This document shows, piece by piece, positions 19,002-27,110 of a stretch of DNA of 56,993 bases (positions are counted from its first letter, which is position 1; each line of letters starts with the position of its first letter). The position numbers were made by a program, and so were the translations under genes. The notes beneath the pieces were generated by a model. That model was not told where the DNA came from and did not search any database. It worked only from the letters and a program-made list of their open reading frames with translations. Source of the DNA: Eubacteriales bacterium (GTDB lineage: Bacteria; Bacillota; Clostridia; Oscillospirales; UBA644); contig JAZQLP010000013.1 of assembly GCA_045542755.1 (NCBI GenBank), forward strand, positions 1 to 56,993, read 5' to 3'.

Positions 19002-20912
19002 ATGAGTATAAAAGTTACACTTAAAGACGGCAATATTATTGAAGCAGAGGCCGGTAGTTCTGCATTTGCCATTGCAAGACAGGTATCTCCCGAACTGGCA
19101 AAGAATAGCCTTGTTTGCGAAATAAACGGAAAGATGAGCGATCTTTCCTCTCCCGTAACCGAGGACTGTACCATAAACTATTTTTCTTTTGACGATCCCG
19201 AGGGTAAGAAGGCCTTCTGGCACACCTCTGCCCACGTTCTCGCCCAGGCAGTAAAGCACCTCTATCCTTCCGCGCAGCTTACCATAGGCCCTGCTATTGA
19301 GAACGGTTTTTACTACGATATAGATACAGACGTAACCTTCACTCCCGAAGTTCTTGAAAAGATCGAAGCTGAGATGAAGAAGATAATCAAGACCGGCCTT
19401 AAGCTTGAAAGATTCGTTCTTCCCAAGGCTGAAGCTCTTGAGCTTATGAAGGACAACCCCTATAAGGTAGAGCTTATCAGCGAGCTTCCCGAAGGCGAAG
19501 AGATATCCTTCTACAGACAGGGCGACTTTACCGACCTTTGCGCAGGTCCCCACCTCTTTGATATTTCCAAGATAAAGGCCGTAAAGGTTACCCAGTGTAC
19601 CGGCGCTTACTGGAGAGCAGACGCTAAAAACAAGGTTCTCCAGAGAGTATACGGTATTTCCTTCCCCAAGGCCGCAGACCTTGAAGCGTATCTTATTGCT
19701 CTTGAAGAAGCTAAGAAGAGAGACCATCGCCGTATAGGTAAGGATCTCGGTTTGTTCATGTTTACCGATGAAGGTCCCGGCTTCCCCTTCTTCCTTCCCA
19801 AGGGTATGACTCTTCGCAACACCCTTATCGACTACTGGCGCGAAGTACATAAGCGTTACGGATACGTTGAAATATCCACTCCTATGATGCTTAACCGTCA
19901 GCTTTGGGAAAGATCCGGCCACTGGGATCACTACAAAGACAACATGTATACTACCGTTATCGACGAAACTGATTTCGCCGTTAAGCCCATGAACTGTCCC
20001 GGTGGTATGCTTGTATATAAGAATGAGCCCAAGTCCTACCGTGACCTTCCCCTCCGTGCAGGCGAGCTTGGTCTTGTTCACAGACACGAGCTTTCCGGTG
20101 CTCTCCACGGCCTTTTCCGTGTTCGTTGCTTCACTCAGGACGATGCCCATATCTTTATGACCTGGGATCAGATGAAGGAAGAAATCAAGAACGTAGTTAA
20201 GCTCTTTGACGAGGTATATTCCGTATTCGGCCTCAGCTATCAGATAGAAGTTTCCACCATGCCCGAGGACCATATGGGTGATGAAAAGGATTGGGATTTT
20301 GCCACCGAAACCCTTAAGGAAGCAGTTTCCGAAATGGGTAAGGACTACATTATCAACGAAGGCGACGGCGCTTTCTACGGTCCCAAGCTCGACTTCCATA
20401 TCGCAGACTCCATCGGACGTACCTGGCAGTGCGGTACCATTCAGCTTGATATGCAACTTCCCGAAAGATTTGAGCTTGAATATACCGGTGAAGACGGCCA
20501 GAAGCACCGTCCCGTAATGATTCACAGAGTTGTTCTCGGCTCTATCGAAAGATTTATTGGCGTTATTACCGAGCACTTTGCAGGCGCTTATCCCGTATGG
20601 CTCACCCCCGTACAGGTTAAGGTTCTTCCCATAAGCGAAAAGGTTATGGCTTATGCAAAGACTGTAAACGAAAAGCTTAACGCCGCAGGTATCCGTTGCG
20701 AACTTGACCAGAGAAGCGAAAAGATAGGATACAAGATTCGTGAAGCTCAGCTTCAGAAGATTCCTTACATGGTTATCGTAGGTGAAAAGGAAGCCGAAGA
20801 AGGCACCATTTCCGTAAGAAACCGCAAGGAAGGAGACAAGGGATCCCTTGCTCTCGACGCGTTTATTGAAGAAATCAAGAACGTTATCGCAACCAAGAGC
20901 CTTGAATTCTAA
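19002..20912 (+). CDS. thrS: threonine--tRNA ligase
   Basis: N-terminal TGS domain, editing domain, class II motif 2 HRHELSGALHGLFRVRCFTQDDAHIF, anticodon-binding C-terminus. Confidence 0.95.
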   Translation: MSIKVTLKDGNIIEAEAGSSAFAIARQVSPELAKNSLVCEINGKMSDLSSPVTEDCTINYFSFDDPEGKKAFWHTSAHVLAQAVKHLYPSAQLTIGPAIENGFYYDIDTDVTFTPEVLEKIEAEMKKIIKTGLKLERFVLPKAEALELMKDNPYKVELISELPEGEEISFYRQGDFTDLCAGPHLFDISKIKAVKVTQCTGAYWRADAKNKVLQRVYGISFPKAADLEAYLIALEEAKKRDHRRIGKDLGLFMFTDEGPGFPFFLPKGMTLRNTLIDYWREVHKRYGYVEISTPMMLNRQLWERSGHWDHYKDNMYTTVIDETDFAVKPMNCPGGMLVYKNEPKSYRDLPLRAGELGLVHRHELSGALHGLFRVRCFTQDDAHIFMTWDQMKEEIKNVVKLFDEVYSVFGLSYQIEVSTMPEDHMGDEKDWDFATETLKEAVSEMGKDYIINEGDGAFYGPKLDFHIADSIGRTWQCGTIQLDMQLPERFELEYTGEDGQKHRPVMIHRVVLGSIERFIGVITEHFAGAYPVWLTPVQVKVLPISEKVMAYAKTVNEKLNAAGIRCELDQRSEKIGYKIREAQLQKIPYMVIVGEKEAEEGTISVRNRKEGDKGSLALDAFIEEIKNVIATKSLEF

Positions 20913-20928
20913 AAAAACAATCAATAAA

Positions 20929-20965
20929 ACGGAGAACCGATTCAAAACGGCTCTCCGTTTTCTTT
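20929..20965 (+). terminator. rho-independent terminator after thrS
   Basis: ACGGAGAACCG / CGGCTCTCCGT stem (one mismatch) followed by TTTCTTTAATTT. Confidence 0.8.
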
Positions 20966-21037
20966 AATTTAACATCTTGTGAAAAGATTTGTCACAATTT
21001 TGTTTGAATGAAAAGGGCGTTTATTCCCATATACCCC

Positions 21038-21066
21038 TTGACATAAGAAGAAAAATATAGTATAAT
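21038..21066 (+). promoter_or_regulatory. consensus promoter of rpsU
   Basis: TTGACA (21038-21043), exactly 17 nt, TATAAT (21061-21066). Confidence 0.7.
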
Positions 21067-21167
21067 ATTACTGTTGTCGGAGAATATGGCAATTACCTTA
21101 TGTATATATAAATATCGCGGTGTATATACATACCGACAAACGATGGAGGGAGGGAATCCTTAGATCA

Positions 21168-21344
21168 TGGCAGAAATCAAAATCAAAGAAAACGAGTCGT
21201 TGGACAATGCACTCCGTCGTTTCAAGAGACAATGCGCCAGAGCCGGAGTTATATCCGAGCTTAAGAAGAGACAGCATTATGAGAAGCCTTCTGTAAAGAG
21301 AAAGAAGAAATCTGAAGCTGCAAGAAAGCGCAAATACAAATAAG
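21168..21344 (+). CDS. rpsU: 30S ribosomal protein S21
   Basis: Hand translation gives [58 protein letters not shown] (58 aa), with a GGAGGGAGGG SD upstream. It is below the ORF-track size cutoff and masked by a spurious 96-aa antisense ORF. Confidence 0.9.
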
Positions 21345-21354
21345 AAACAAAAAG

Positions 21355-21382
21355 GCTGTCGCAAAGTCATTTGCGACAGCCT
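21355..21382 (+). terminator. 12-bp perfect hairpin after rpsU (weak or partial terminator)
   Basis: GGCTGTCGCAAA / TTTGCGACAGCC with a 4-nt loop. No clean U-tract follows, and yqeG starts 26 nt later. Confidence 0.45.
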
Positions 21383-21407
21383 GAACATTTATTGGAAAGG
21401 ACTTTCA

Positions 21408-21896
21408 ATGGGAAAGCCAATTATACCAACCTTTCGGTTTGAAAAATATACCGAAGTGACTCCCGAGTTTTTGGCTCAAAACGGAATAAAGGGAATACTT
21501 ACCGACCTTGACTCTACTTTGACGGAACATGATTTTCCTGAGCCTGACGATGAGCTTCTTCGCTGGGTAGGGGATATGAAAAGCGCGGGTATTCCTATCT
21601 GTATAGTGTCAAACAATAAAATAAGACGTACGGCTCCCTTTGCCCGTAAAATCGGGGTGGGGTATCTGTGTAACTCCTGGAAGCCTCACAGACCTGCTTT
21701 GAGAATTGCTTTGGGGGTAATAGGTTGCCACAAGGATAACGCCGTATTTATAGGCGACCAGCTTTATACCGATATAAAAGGCGCCGTAAAAATGGGAATG
21801 AAAAGCGTGCTTGTAAAGCCCATAGGCACAAAGACCACTCCCTATATCAGGTTTAAGAGAATGCTTGAAAGAAAGCAGGGGATAGGTAATGAATAA
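21408..21896 (+). CDS. yqeG: YqeG-family HAD phosphatase
   Basis: HAD motif I DLDSTLT, motif III K, GDQLYTD motif IV, size about 160 aa. Confidence 0.8.
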   Translation: MGKPIIPTFRFEKYTEVTPEFLAQNGIKGILTDLDSTLTEHDFPEPDDELLRWVGDMKSAGIPICIVSNNKIRRTAPFARKIGVGYLCNSWKPHRPALRIALGVIGCHKDNAVFIGDQLYTDIKGAVKMGMKSVLVKPIGTKTTPYIRFKRMLERKQGIGNE

Positions 21897-22758
21897 ACCT
21901 CTTTTCGGACCTGCGGGAAGCACCGACAGAATGAAGGATTTCGGTGTGAAGAAAAGCACCGATATACCTCAATATCTTAAAAATATGGGGCTAACAGCCT
22001 TTGAATATCAATGCGGTCACGGAGTTGCTATTTCATTGGAGGCGGCTTCGGTTTTTGGAGAAGCTTGTAAGAAATACGAGATAACACCTTCCGTACACGC
22101 TCCCTATTTTATCTCCCTTTCTTCGGTTAATGAGGAAACGAGAATAAAAAGCGTTGAGCATATACGCAAAACCGCCGCGGTTGCAAAGGCTATGGGCGGT
22201 AACAGAATAGTCGTTCACAGCGGAAGCTGCGGAAAAATGACCAGAGCAGAAGCTCTCCTTCTTGCAAAGGATACCTTAAGCCTTGCCGTAAAAGCCCTTT
22301 TGGAGGATGGAACGGAATGCGTTTCAATCTGTCCCGAAACAATGGGTAAAATAAATCAGCTTGGCGACCTTGACGAGGTTATGGAGCTTTGCAAGGTAAG
22401 TGAAAGCTTTATTCCCTGTATAGACTTTGGGCACCTTAACGCCCGTACCCACGGCGGTATCGGATCGAAGGAAGGCTACGCCCTGATACTTGATAAAATA
22501 GAAAATGCTCTCGGATATGACAGACTTAAAAATATGCACTGCCATTTTTCCAAGATAGAATATAGCGAGGGCGGGGAAAAACGACACCTGACCTTTGAGG
22601 ATAATCTCTTCGGCCCTGATTTTGCCCCTCTTGCAGAGGAGATTGCCCGTAGAGGGCTTACTCCCACCCTTATATGCGAATCTGCGGGTACCCAGGACGT
22701 GGATGCCCTTAAAATGAGCGACATTTATTCTGAATACGAAAGGAACGGACAAAGATGA
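21889..22758 (+). CDS. TIM-barrel protein, endonuclease IV / xylose-isomerase-like fold
   Basis: HAPYFISL, VVHSGS, CPETMGK, IDFGHLNA and HCHFSKIEY segments resemble AP-endonuclease family 2 metal-site blocks. The call is tentative. Confidence 0.6.
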   Translation: MNKPLFGPAGSTDRMKDFGVKKSTDIPQYLKNMGLTAFEYQCGHGVAISLEAASVFGEACKKYEITPSVHAPYFISLSSVNEETRIKSVEHIRKTAAVAKAMGGNRIVVHSGSCGKMTRAEALLLAKDTLSLAVKALLEDGTECVSICPETMGKINQLGDLDEVMELCKVSESFIPCIDFGHLNARTHGGIGSKEGYALILDKIENALGYDRLKNMHCHFSKIEYSEGGEKRHLTFEDNLFGPDFAPLAEEIARRGLTPTLICESAGTQDVDALKMSDIYSEYERNGQR

Positions 22759-23822
22759 TAGAAAAATTGAAGAATACTCTTGATAAAAACACGGCGGTTC
22801 TTATCGTGGACCCTGCAAACCGCAGATATTACACCGGAATGAACACCTCTAACGGTTACATCATTGCCACCGCTGAAAAGGCTTGTTTCTTTACTGATTT
22901 CCGTTATATTACAGCCGCAAAGAATAAGGTTTACAAGAACGTTTCCGTCGGCCTTATTGAAAAGAGAATGGCAGAAACGATTAAAGAGTATTTAGCGGGA
23001 CTTGATATTAAGACTGTGATTTTTGAAGAAAACTACCTCTCCTTTGCTATAGCAGACAGTCTTAAAAAGGCTCTTCCCGAGTATGAGTTCGTAGGCGGAC
23101 AGAAGAAGATATCTTCCTTCCGTGAAATAAAAACGGTTGATGAGATAAACGCTATTAAGGCTGCCCAGAAGATAACCGATGACTCTTTTCTCTTTATCTG
23201 CGACTATATCCGTTCAAATAAAAACAAGGGTATTACCGAAAAGGATATTGCCCTTGAGCTTGAATTTGATATGAGAAGAAAGGGCTCCGGTGCTATGCCC
23301 TTCTCCATAATCGTGGCTTCGGGCCCCAACTCTGCCCTTCCCCACGCTGTACCTTCCGATAGAGTTATCGGCGAGGGTGACTTCGTTACCATGGACTACG
23401 GCTCTTCCTTTGGCGGTTATTGCAGTGATATGACCCGTACAATAGCCGTAGGTCACGTTACCGACGAGATGAAGAAGATATACGATACTGTTCTTGAAGC
23501 CCAGATGACTGCTATCAAGGGCATTAAGGCAGGTATTATCGGAAAGGATGCCGACGGCCTTGCCCGCGACGTAATTACTGCCGCAGGCTACGGTGAGTAT
23601 TTCGGCCACTCTCTCGGCCATAGCGTTGGTCTTGAGGTACACGAAAGTCCTAACTTCTCCCAGGGCTACCTTGACCCCATTCCCGCAAACACCGTTCTCA
23701 GCGTTGAGCCCGGTATCTATATCGAGGGCTTCTGCGGTGTTAGAATTGAAGACCTTGTGGTTGTTAAAGAAGACGGCGTAGAGGATATCACCGGCTCCGA
23801 TAAGTCGCTTATAATTCTCTAA
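22755..23822 (+). CDS. pepP: Xaa-Pro aminopeptidase (M24B family)
   Basis: Creatinase-like N-domain. M24 metal ligands DYG...D, HSLGHSVGLEVHE, VEPGIY, RIED. Confidence 0.88.
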   Translation: MIEKLKNTLDKNTAVLIVDPANRRYYTGMNTSNGYIIATAEKACFFTDFRYITAAKNKVYKNVSVGLIEKRMAETIKEYLAGLDIKTVIFEENYLSFAIADSLKKALPEYEFVGGQKKISSFREIKTVDEINAIKAAQKITDDSFLFICDYIRSNKNKGITEKDIALELEFDMRRKGSGAMPFSIIVASGPNSALPHAVPSDRVIGEGDFVTMDYGSSFGGYCSDMTRTIAVGHVTDEMKKIYDTVLEAQMTAIKGIKAGIIGKDADGLARDVITAAGYGEYFGHSLGHSVGLEVHESPNFSQGYLDPIPANTVLSVEPGIYIEGFCGVRIEDLVVVKEDGVEDITGSDKSLIIL

Positions 23823-23831
23823 TATAAAAAG

Positions 23832-23866
23832 AAGAATCCATCCTTGGGATGGATTCTTCTTGCTTT
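23832..23866 (+). terminator. rho-independent terminator after pepP
   Basis: AAGAATCCATCC (23832-23843) / GGATGGATTCTT (23847-23858) 12-bp stem followed by CTTGCTTTT. Confidence 0.8.
23841..23858. repeat. 18-bp direct repeat, left copy (TCCTTGGGATGGATTCTT)
   Basis: Exact 18-mer found again at 25689-25706. Extending 4 nt gives 22 nt with one mismatch. Confidence 0.95.
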
Positions 23867-23871
23867 TATTA

Positions 23872-23900
23872 TAGACTAATTTAAAAAAATATGATATAAT
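23872..23900 (+). promoter_or_regulatory. candidate promoter inside the cassette
   Basis: TAGACT (23872-23877), 17-nt spacer (its last 3 nt are the TGa of the extended -10), TGaTATAAT (23892-23900). Confidence 0.4.
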
Positions 23901-23979
23901 ATTTTCAATCCTACCTAACATTCCCATAAATGCACCGACTATATGGGTGAAAGCATTGATCAATCGCTTGGAGAAATAT

Positions 23980-25605
23980 ATGAAAAAACAAGACTTGCTA
24001 AAATATTTTGACGACGACTTGCTAGATAAGCTGTTTGGCTTTTGTTATGTAAGAACAAATGACAGCTACGAGGCAGAGGAGCTATGCTCGGATATAATCT
24101 ATGCCCTTGTTAAAGCTGCCCATAGTGACGGGGATATTGAAAGTGTATATCCGTTTATTTGGAGAGTGGCTCGTAACGTTTATGCCGATTTCTCAAATAA
24201 TCGAAGAAAACACGCTGAAATTGTCTACGAAGGTGATTCGGAAGAAATCTTGCTCGGTATTGCAGAAGAGGACACTTCTGATGATACAGAAGAACTATTA
24301 ACATCCGTATATCGCAGAATTGCTTTTTTGACAAAGGCATACCGTGAAGTTATGATAATGTTCTACTTAGACGGTCTCTCCACCGCTCAGATAGCAAAGA
24401 AGCAAAGAACAAGTGAAGGCGCTGTTCGTCAAAGGCTCTTTTCAGCAAGACAAAAGATCAAAAGTGAGGTAGAAAAAATGGGAGAAGCTTATAATAAGCC
24501 TGTGGCTCTTGATAAAATTGATTACGTGGTTTGGGGAACGGGTGATCCTACATGGGGAGATCCTCGTAATGTATGTAAGAGAACGTTCTCGAATCATATC
24601 GTCTGGCTTTGTCACAAGAAGCCCATGAGTGCTTCTGAAATTGCAGAGGAACTGAATGTTCCCACTATTTACGTTGAAGAAGAACTTAAAATTCTCCGCA
24701 AAGGAGAAAACGGTAAGTATGGTTTGCTTCGCCGTTTAGAAAACGGCAAATATGTGCTTAATTTCATATTGCTTGATAAGGATGTGATTGAGAAAGCAAA
24801 TGCAATTTACACCGAGCAGTTGCCTAAGATCTGTGAAACTATATCAAATTATATCGGAGAACATAAAGCCGAATATCTATCTTTCCCATATCTGAACAAG
24901 AAAGTCGATATGAATCTTATTCTTTGGCAGCAGGTATCCCAGATTTCCAGAGCCTTCTCGTATTGTGTTGAGTGTGCGTTGAAGGAAAAATATTTTGCTG
25001 ATGTTGAAGAAACGGACCGTCCGTTTAGCGTATTTGGATATGTAGATAACGGCAAGTATTATGGCGGTGGTTGGGATGGTGTTTGCGCTCAAAACGTGTG
25101 TGGTTTTTCCGACGTTCGTATTGATAATATCTATATGACACATATTAAAAAACACTTTAGCTGCACACACAATGTGTACAACGATCCCCAGATTCAGCTC
25201 GCAATTCGTGCCATTGAAGGTCTTGATATTACGTTGCTTTCTGAAAAAGAAAAGGAACACGCTGCAAAAGCTATTGAATGCGGCTATTTGTATCGCGACG
25301 GAGATATGCTTTATACCAAAATTCTTGTAAATGCGCTTTCTGATAGGGGTAGGCTATTTGATATCAATAAAGACTTGCGGAATGGATATTTCGATGCCGA
25401 TGCAGAGATCGTTGCAGCAAAGATAGCAGACCTTATCAAAAAATCTGTTCCCGATTATCTTCGTGGAGAATGGAGATTGGCAAATACCCTTGCAAGCATG
25501 CCCATTCTTGATGCAGTTGTTGAATGTCTTATTGAAAAAGGCGTATTAACACCTCCCGAGGACGGTATCGGTGCAGAAGGTTGTTGGATGAGTGTGGAAA
25601 AATAA
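23980..25605 (+). CDS. sigma-70 family (ECF-like) RNA polymerase sigma factor with ~370-aa C-terminal extension
   Basis: Region 2-like segment AEELCSDIIYALVKAA...PFIWRVARNVYADF. Region 4 HTH REVMIMFYLDGLSTAQIAKKQRTSEGAVRQRLFSARQKI. The rest includes a second HTH-like segment, MSASEIAEELNVPTIYVEEELKIL. Start at ATG 23980 (GGAG SD) preferred over GTG 23947. Confidence 0.85.
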   Translation: MKKQDLLKYFDDDLLDKLFGFCYVRTNDSYEAEELCSDIIYALVKAAHSDGDIESVYPFIWRVARNVYADFSNNRRKHAEIVYEGDSEEILLGIAEEDTSDDTEELLTSVYRRIAFLTKAYREVMIMFYLDGLSTAQIAKKQRTSEGAVRQRLFSARQKIKSEVEKMGEAYNKPVALDKIDYVVWGTGDPTWGDPRNVCKRTFSNHIVWLCHKKPMSASEIAEELNVPTIYVEEELKILRKGENGKYGLLRRLENGKYVLNFILLDKDVIEKANAIYTEQLPKICETISNYIGEHKAEYLSFPYLNKKVDMNLILWQQVSQISRAFSYCVECALKEKYFADVEETDRPFSVFGYVDNGKYYGGGWDGVCAQNVCGFSDVRIDNIYMTHIKKHFSCTHNVYNDPQIQLAIRAIEGLDITLLSEKEKEHAAKAIECGYLYRDGDMLYTKILVNALSDRGRLFDINKDLRNGYFDADAEIVAAKIADLIKKSVPDYLRGEWRLANTLASMPILDAVVECLIEKGVLTPPEDGIGAEGCWMSVEK

Positions 25606-25610
25606 AATAA

Positions 25611-25657
25611 ATACCGCCGAGAGTAACCGTTTTGTCGCTCTCGGCGGTATTCGTTAT
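25611..25657. terminator. bidirectional terminator at the end of the cassette
   Basis: ATACCGCCGAGAG (25611-25623) / CTCTCGGCGGTAT (25638-25650) 13-bp stem. A-rich upstream (AAAATAAAATAA) and T-rich downstream. Confidence 0.75.
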
Positions 25658-25688
25658 TCAATTTGTTTTTATGTCCTTTAGAGGACTT

Positions 25689-25706
25689 TCCTTGGGATGG
25701 ATTCTT
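25689..25706. repeat. 18-bp direct repeat, right copy (TCCTTGGGATGGATTCTT)
   Basis: Identical to 23841-23858. Here only the 3' arm of the hairpin is present. Confidence 0.95.
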
Positions 25707-25713
25707 TTTGATT

Positions 25714-27099
25714 TTACTCTTCTTTTAAATACTCTAAAGGCAGCTTTTTGTTGCCGTCGCGCTTGACTCCGTCCTTATCAAGATACTTTGTTACCGCGCC
25801 TGCGCCTATGCCGTATATCTGCTGGATATCGTCCATCATCCATACGTTGTAAAGGCACTCATGACCCTTAAGGGCATAACCTATATTTTCGCCGTTGCCC
25901 ATAGTGTTCTTTTGGCGGTATAAGTAGTAGGGGCGGTAGCCGTTTGCGGCTGCCCTGTCTCTCATATATGAGAGCATATTATTTATCTTGATACTGTCAG
26001 CGTTTTCAGATATTTCTTCTGCCTTGTCGTAGGCACCGAAGTCCGCCGCCCTCTTAAGATAAAGGGTATGGAGGGTAATATTTTCGGGCTTGAGAGCTTC
26101 TATTCCGTCAACCGAGGCGTAAAAGCTTTCTTCGGTATCGAGAGGAAGCCCCGCAATAAGATCAACGTTTTTATCAAAGGAGTATTTTGATGCCCATTCG
26201 TAGGCGTCGAAAAACTGTTTTACGGTATGCTTTCTGCCTACTGCATCAAGAACCTTTTGGGAAAGAGTCTGGGGATTTATGCTTACTCTTGTAACCCCGC
26301 TGTCTGCAAGAATGGCCAATTTTTCGGGTGTAATGGTATCGGGGCGACCAGCCTCAAAGGTGAATTCCTCTATGGGGAATCTTTTTAAGAACTGCTCTTG
26401 GATAGCCTCCAGGAGCTTTTTCATTTCTCTTGGTTCAAGTACCGAGGGGGTGCCTCCGCCTACGTATATTGACTTAATTACTTTTCCGTCCCTTAAAGCC
26501 GTTTCTGAGGCTGTTTTTGCCTCTTTTATCAGCTTTTCTACATAGTCGGGTATAAGATGCGCCTCCCTGCCCGTAATGGCTGAAACGAAAGAACAGTAGG
26601 AGCAGCGTGAGGGACAGAAAGGGATAGAGATATACAGACTTGCCGCATCGGGTGTGTTCTTTTCCACCGCCGACTGTCTGCCTTCAAGTACCTCTTGACA
26701 GAGGGAGAGCTTTTCGTCTGATATGGAAAACAGGCTCTTCATTACTCTGTTTGCATCTTCGCCGAACTCATCTCTTACCTTTTGGTAAAAGAGGGCGGGG
26801 CGTATGCCCGTAAGGCTTCCCCAGGGTGAAGTTATTCCCGTAGCTTTGCAGAGGGCTAGGTAGGCTGCCTTTTTCACGGCCGCCCTTTCTTTATCAAGAG
26901 GAAACTCCGACAAAGAAACCTCTTCTGTTACTTCTTTATCTTTGCAAATAAAGGTTGCCTTTGCCGTTTTTTCTCCTAAAGTAACTGTAAGCTCTTTATC
27001 GGACGTATCTCCTTCTTTAAAGCTTTCTCTTGGAAAAAAGATAAGGCAGAGGCTTTGAATATCGTATCTGTAAGAGTGATTTACGTTATAAACTTTCAA
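25714..27099 (-). CDS. hemZ: radical SAM protein, HemN/HemZ-like coproporphyrinogen dehydrogenase family
   Basis: CPSRCSYCSF CxxxCxxC motif, HemN-like C-terminal domain, ~170-aa N-terminal extension as in HemZ. Apparent TTG start with an AAGGA SD. Confidence 0.82.
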   Translation of the reverse strand: MKVYNVNHSYRYDIQSLCLIFFPRESFKEGDTSDKELTVTLGEKTAKATFICKDKEVTEEVSLSEFPLDKERAAVKKAAYLALCKATGITSPWGSLTGIRPALFYQKVRDEFGEDANRVMKSLFSISDEKLSLCQEVLEGRQSAVEKNTPDAASLYISIPFCPSRCSYCSFVSAITGREAHLIPDYVEKLIKEAKTASETALRDGKVIKSIYVGGGTPSVLEPREMKKLLEAIQEQFLKRFPIEEFTFEAGRPDTITPEKLAILADSGVTRVSINPQTLSQKVLDAVGRKHTVKQFFDAYEWASKYSFDKNVDLIAGLPLDTEESFYASVDGIEALKPENITLHTLYLKRAADFGAYDKAEEISENADSIKINNMLSYMRDRAAANGYRPYYLYRQKNTMGNGENIGYALKGHECLYNVWMMDDIQQIYGIGAGAVTKYLDKDGVKRDGNKKLPLEYLKEE

Positions 27100-27110
27100 T
27101 TTTTTATTCC

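Noticed and set aside
18990-20945. 651-aa ORF antisense to thrS
   Set aside because: The same in-phase mirror artefact. thrS has unambiguous class II synthetase motifs, and the antisense product resembles no known family.
21086-21265. 59-aa plus-strand ORF starting in the rpsU leader and overlapping rpsU out of frame
   Set aside because: The product has no recognisable features and overlaps the S21 coding frame. It is most likely chance in an AT-rich leader.
21098-21388. 96-aa minus-strand ORF in the thrS-yqeG gap
   Set aside because: The plus strand here encodes an unmistakable ribosomal protein S21 with a consensus promoter and SD. The minus-strand ORF is its shadow.
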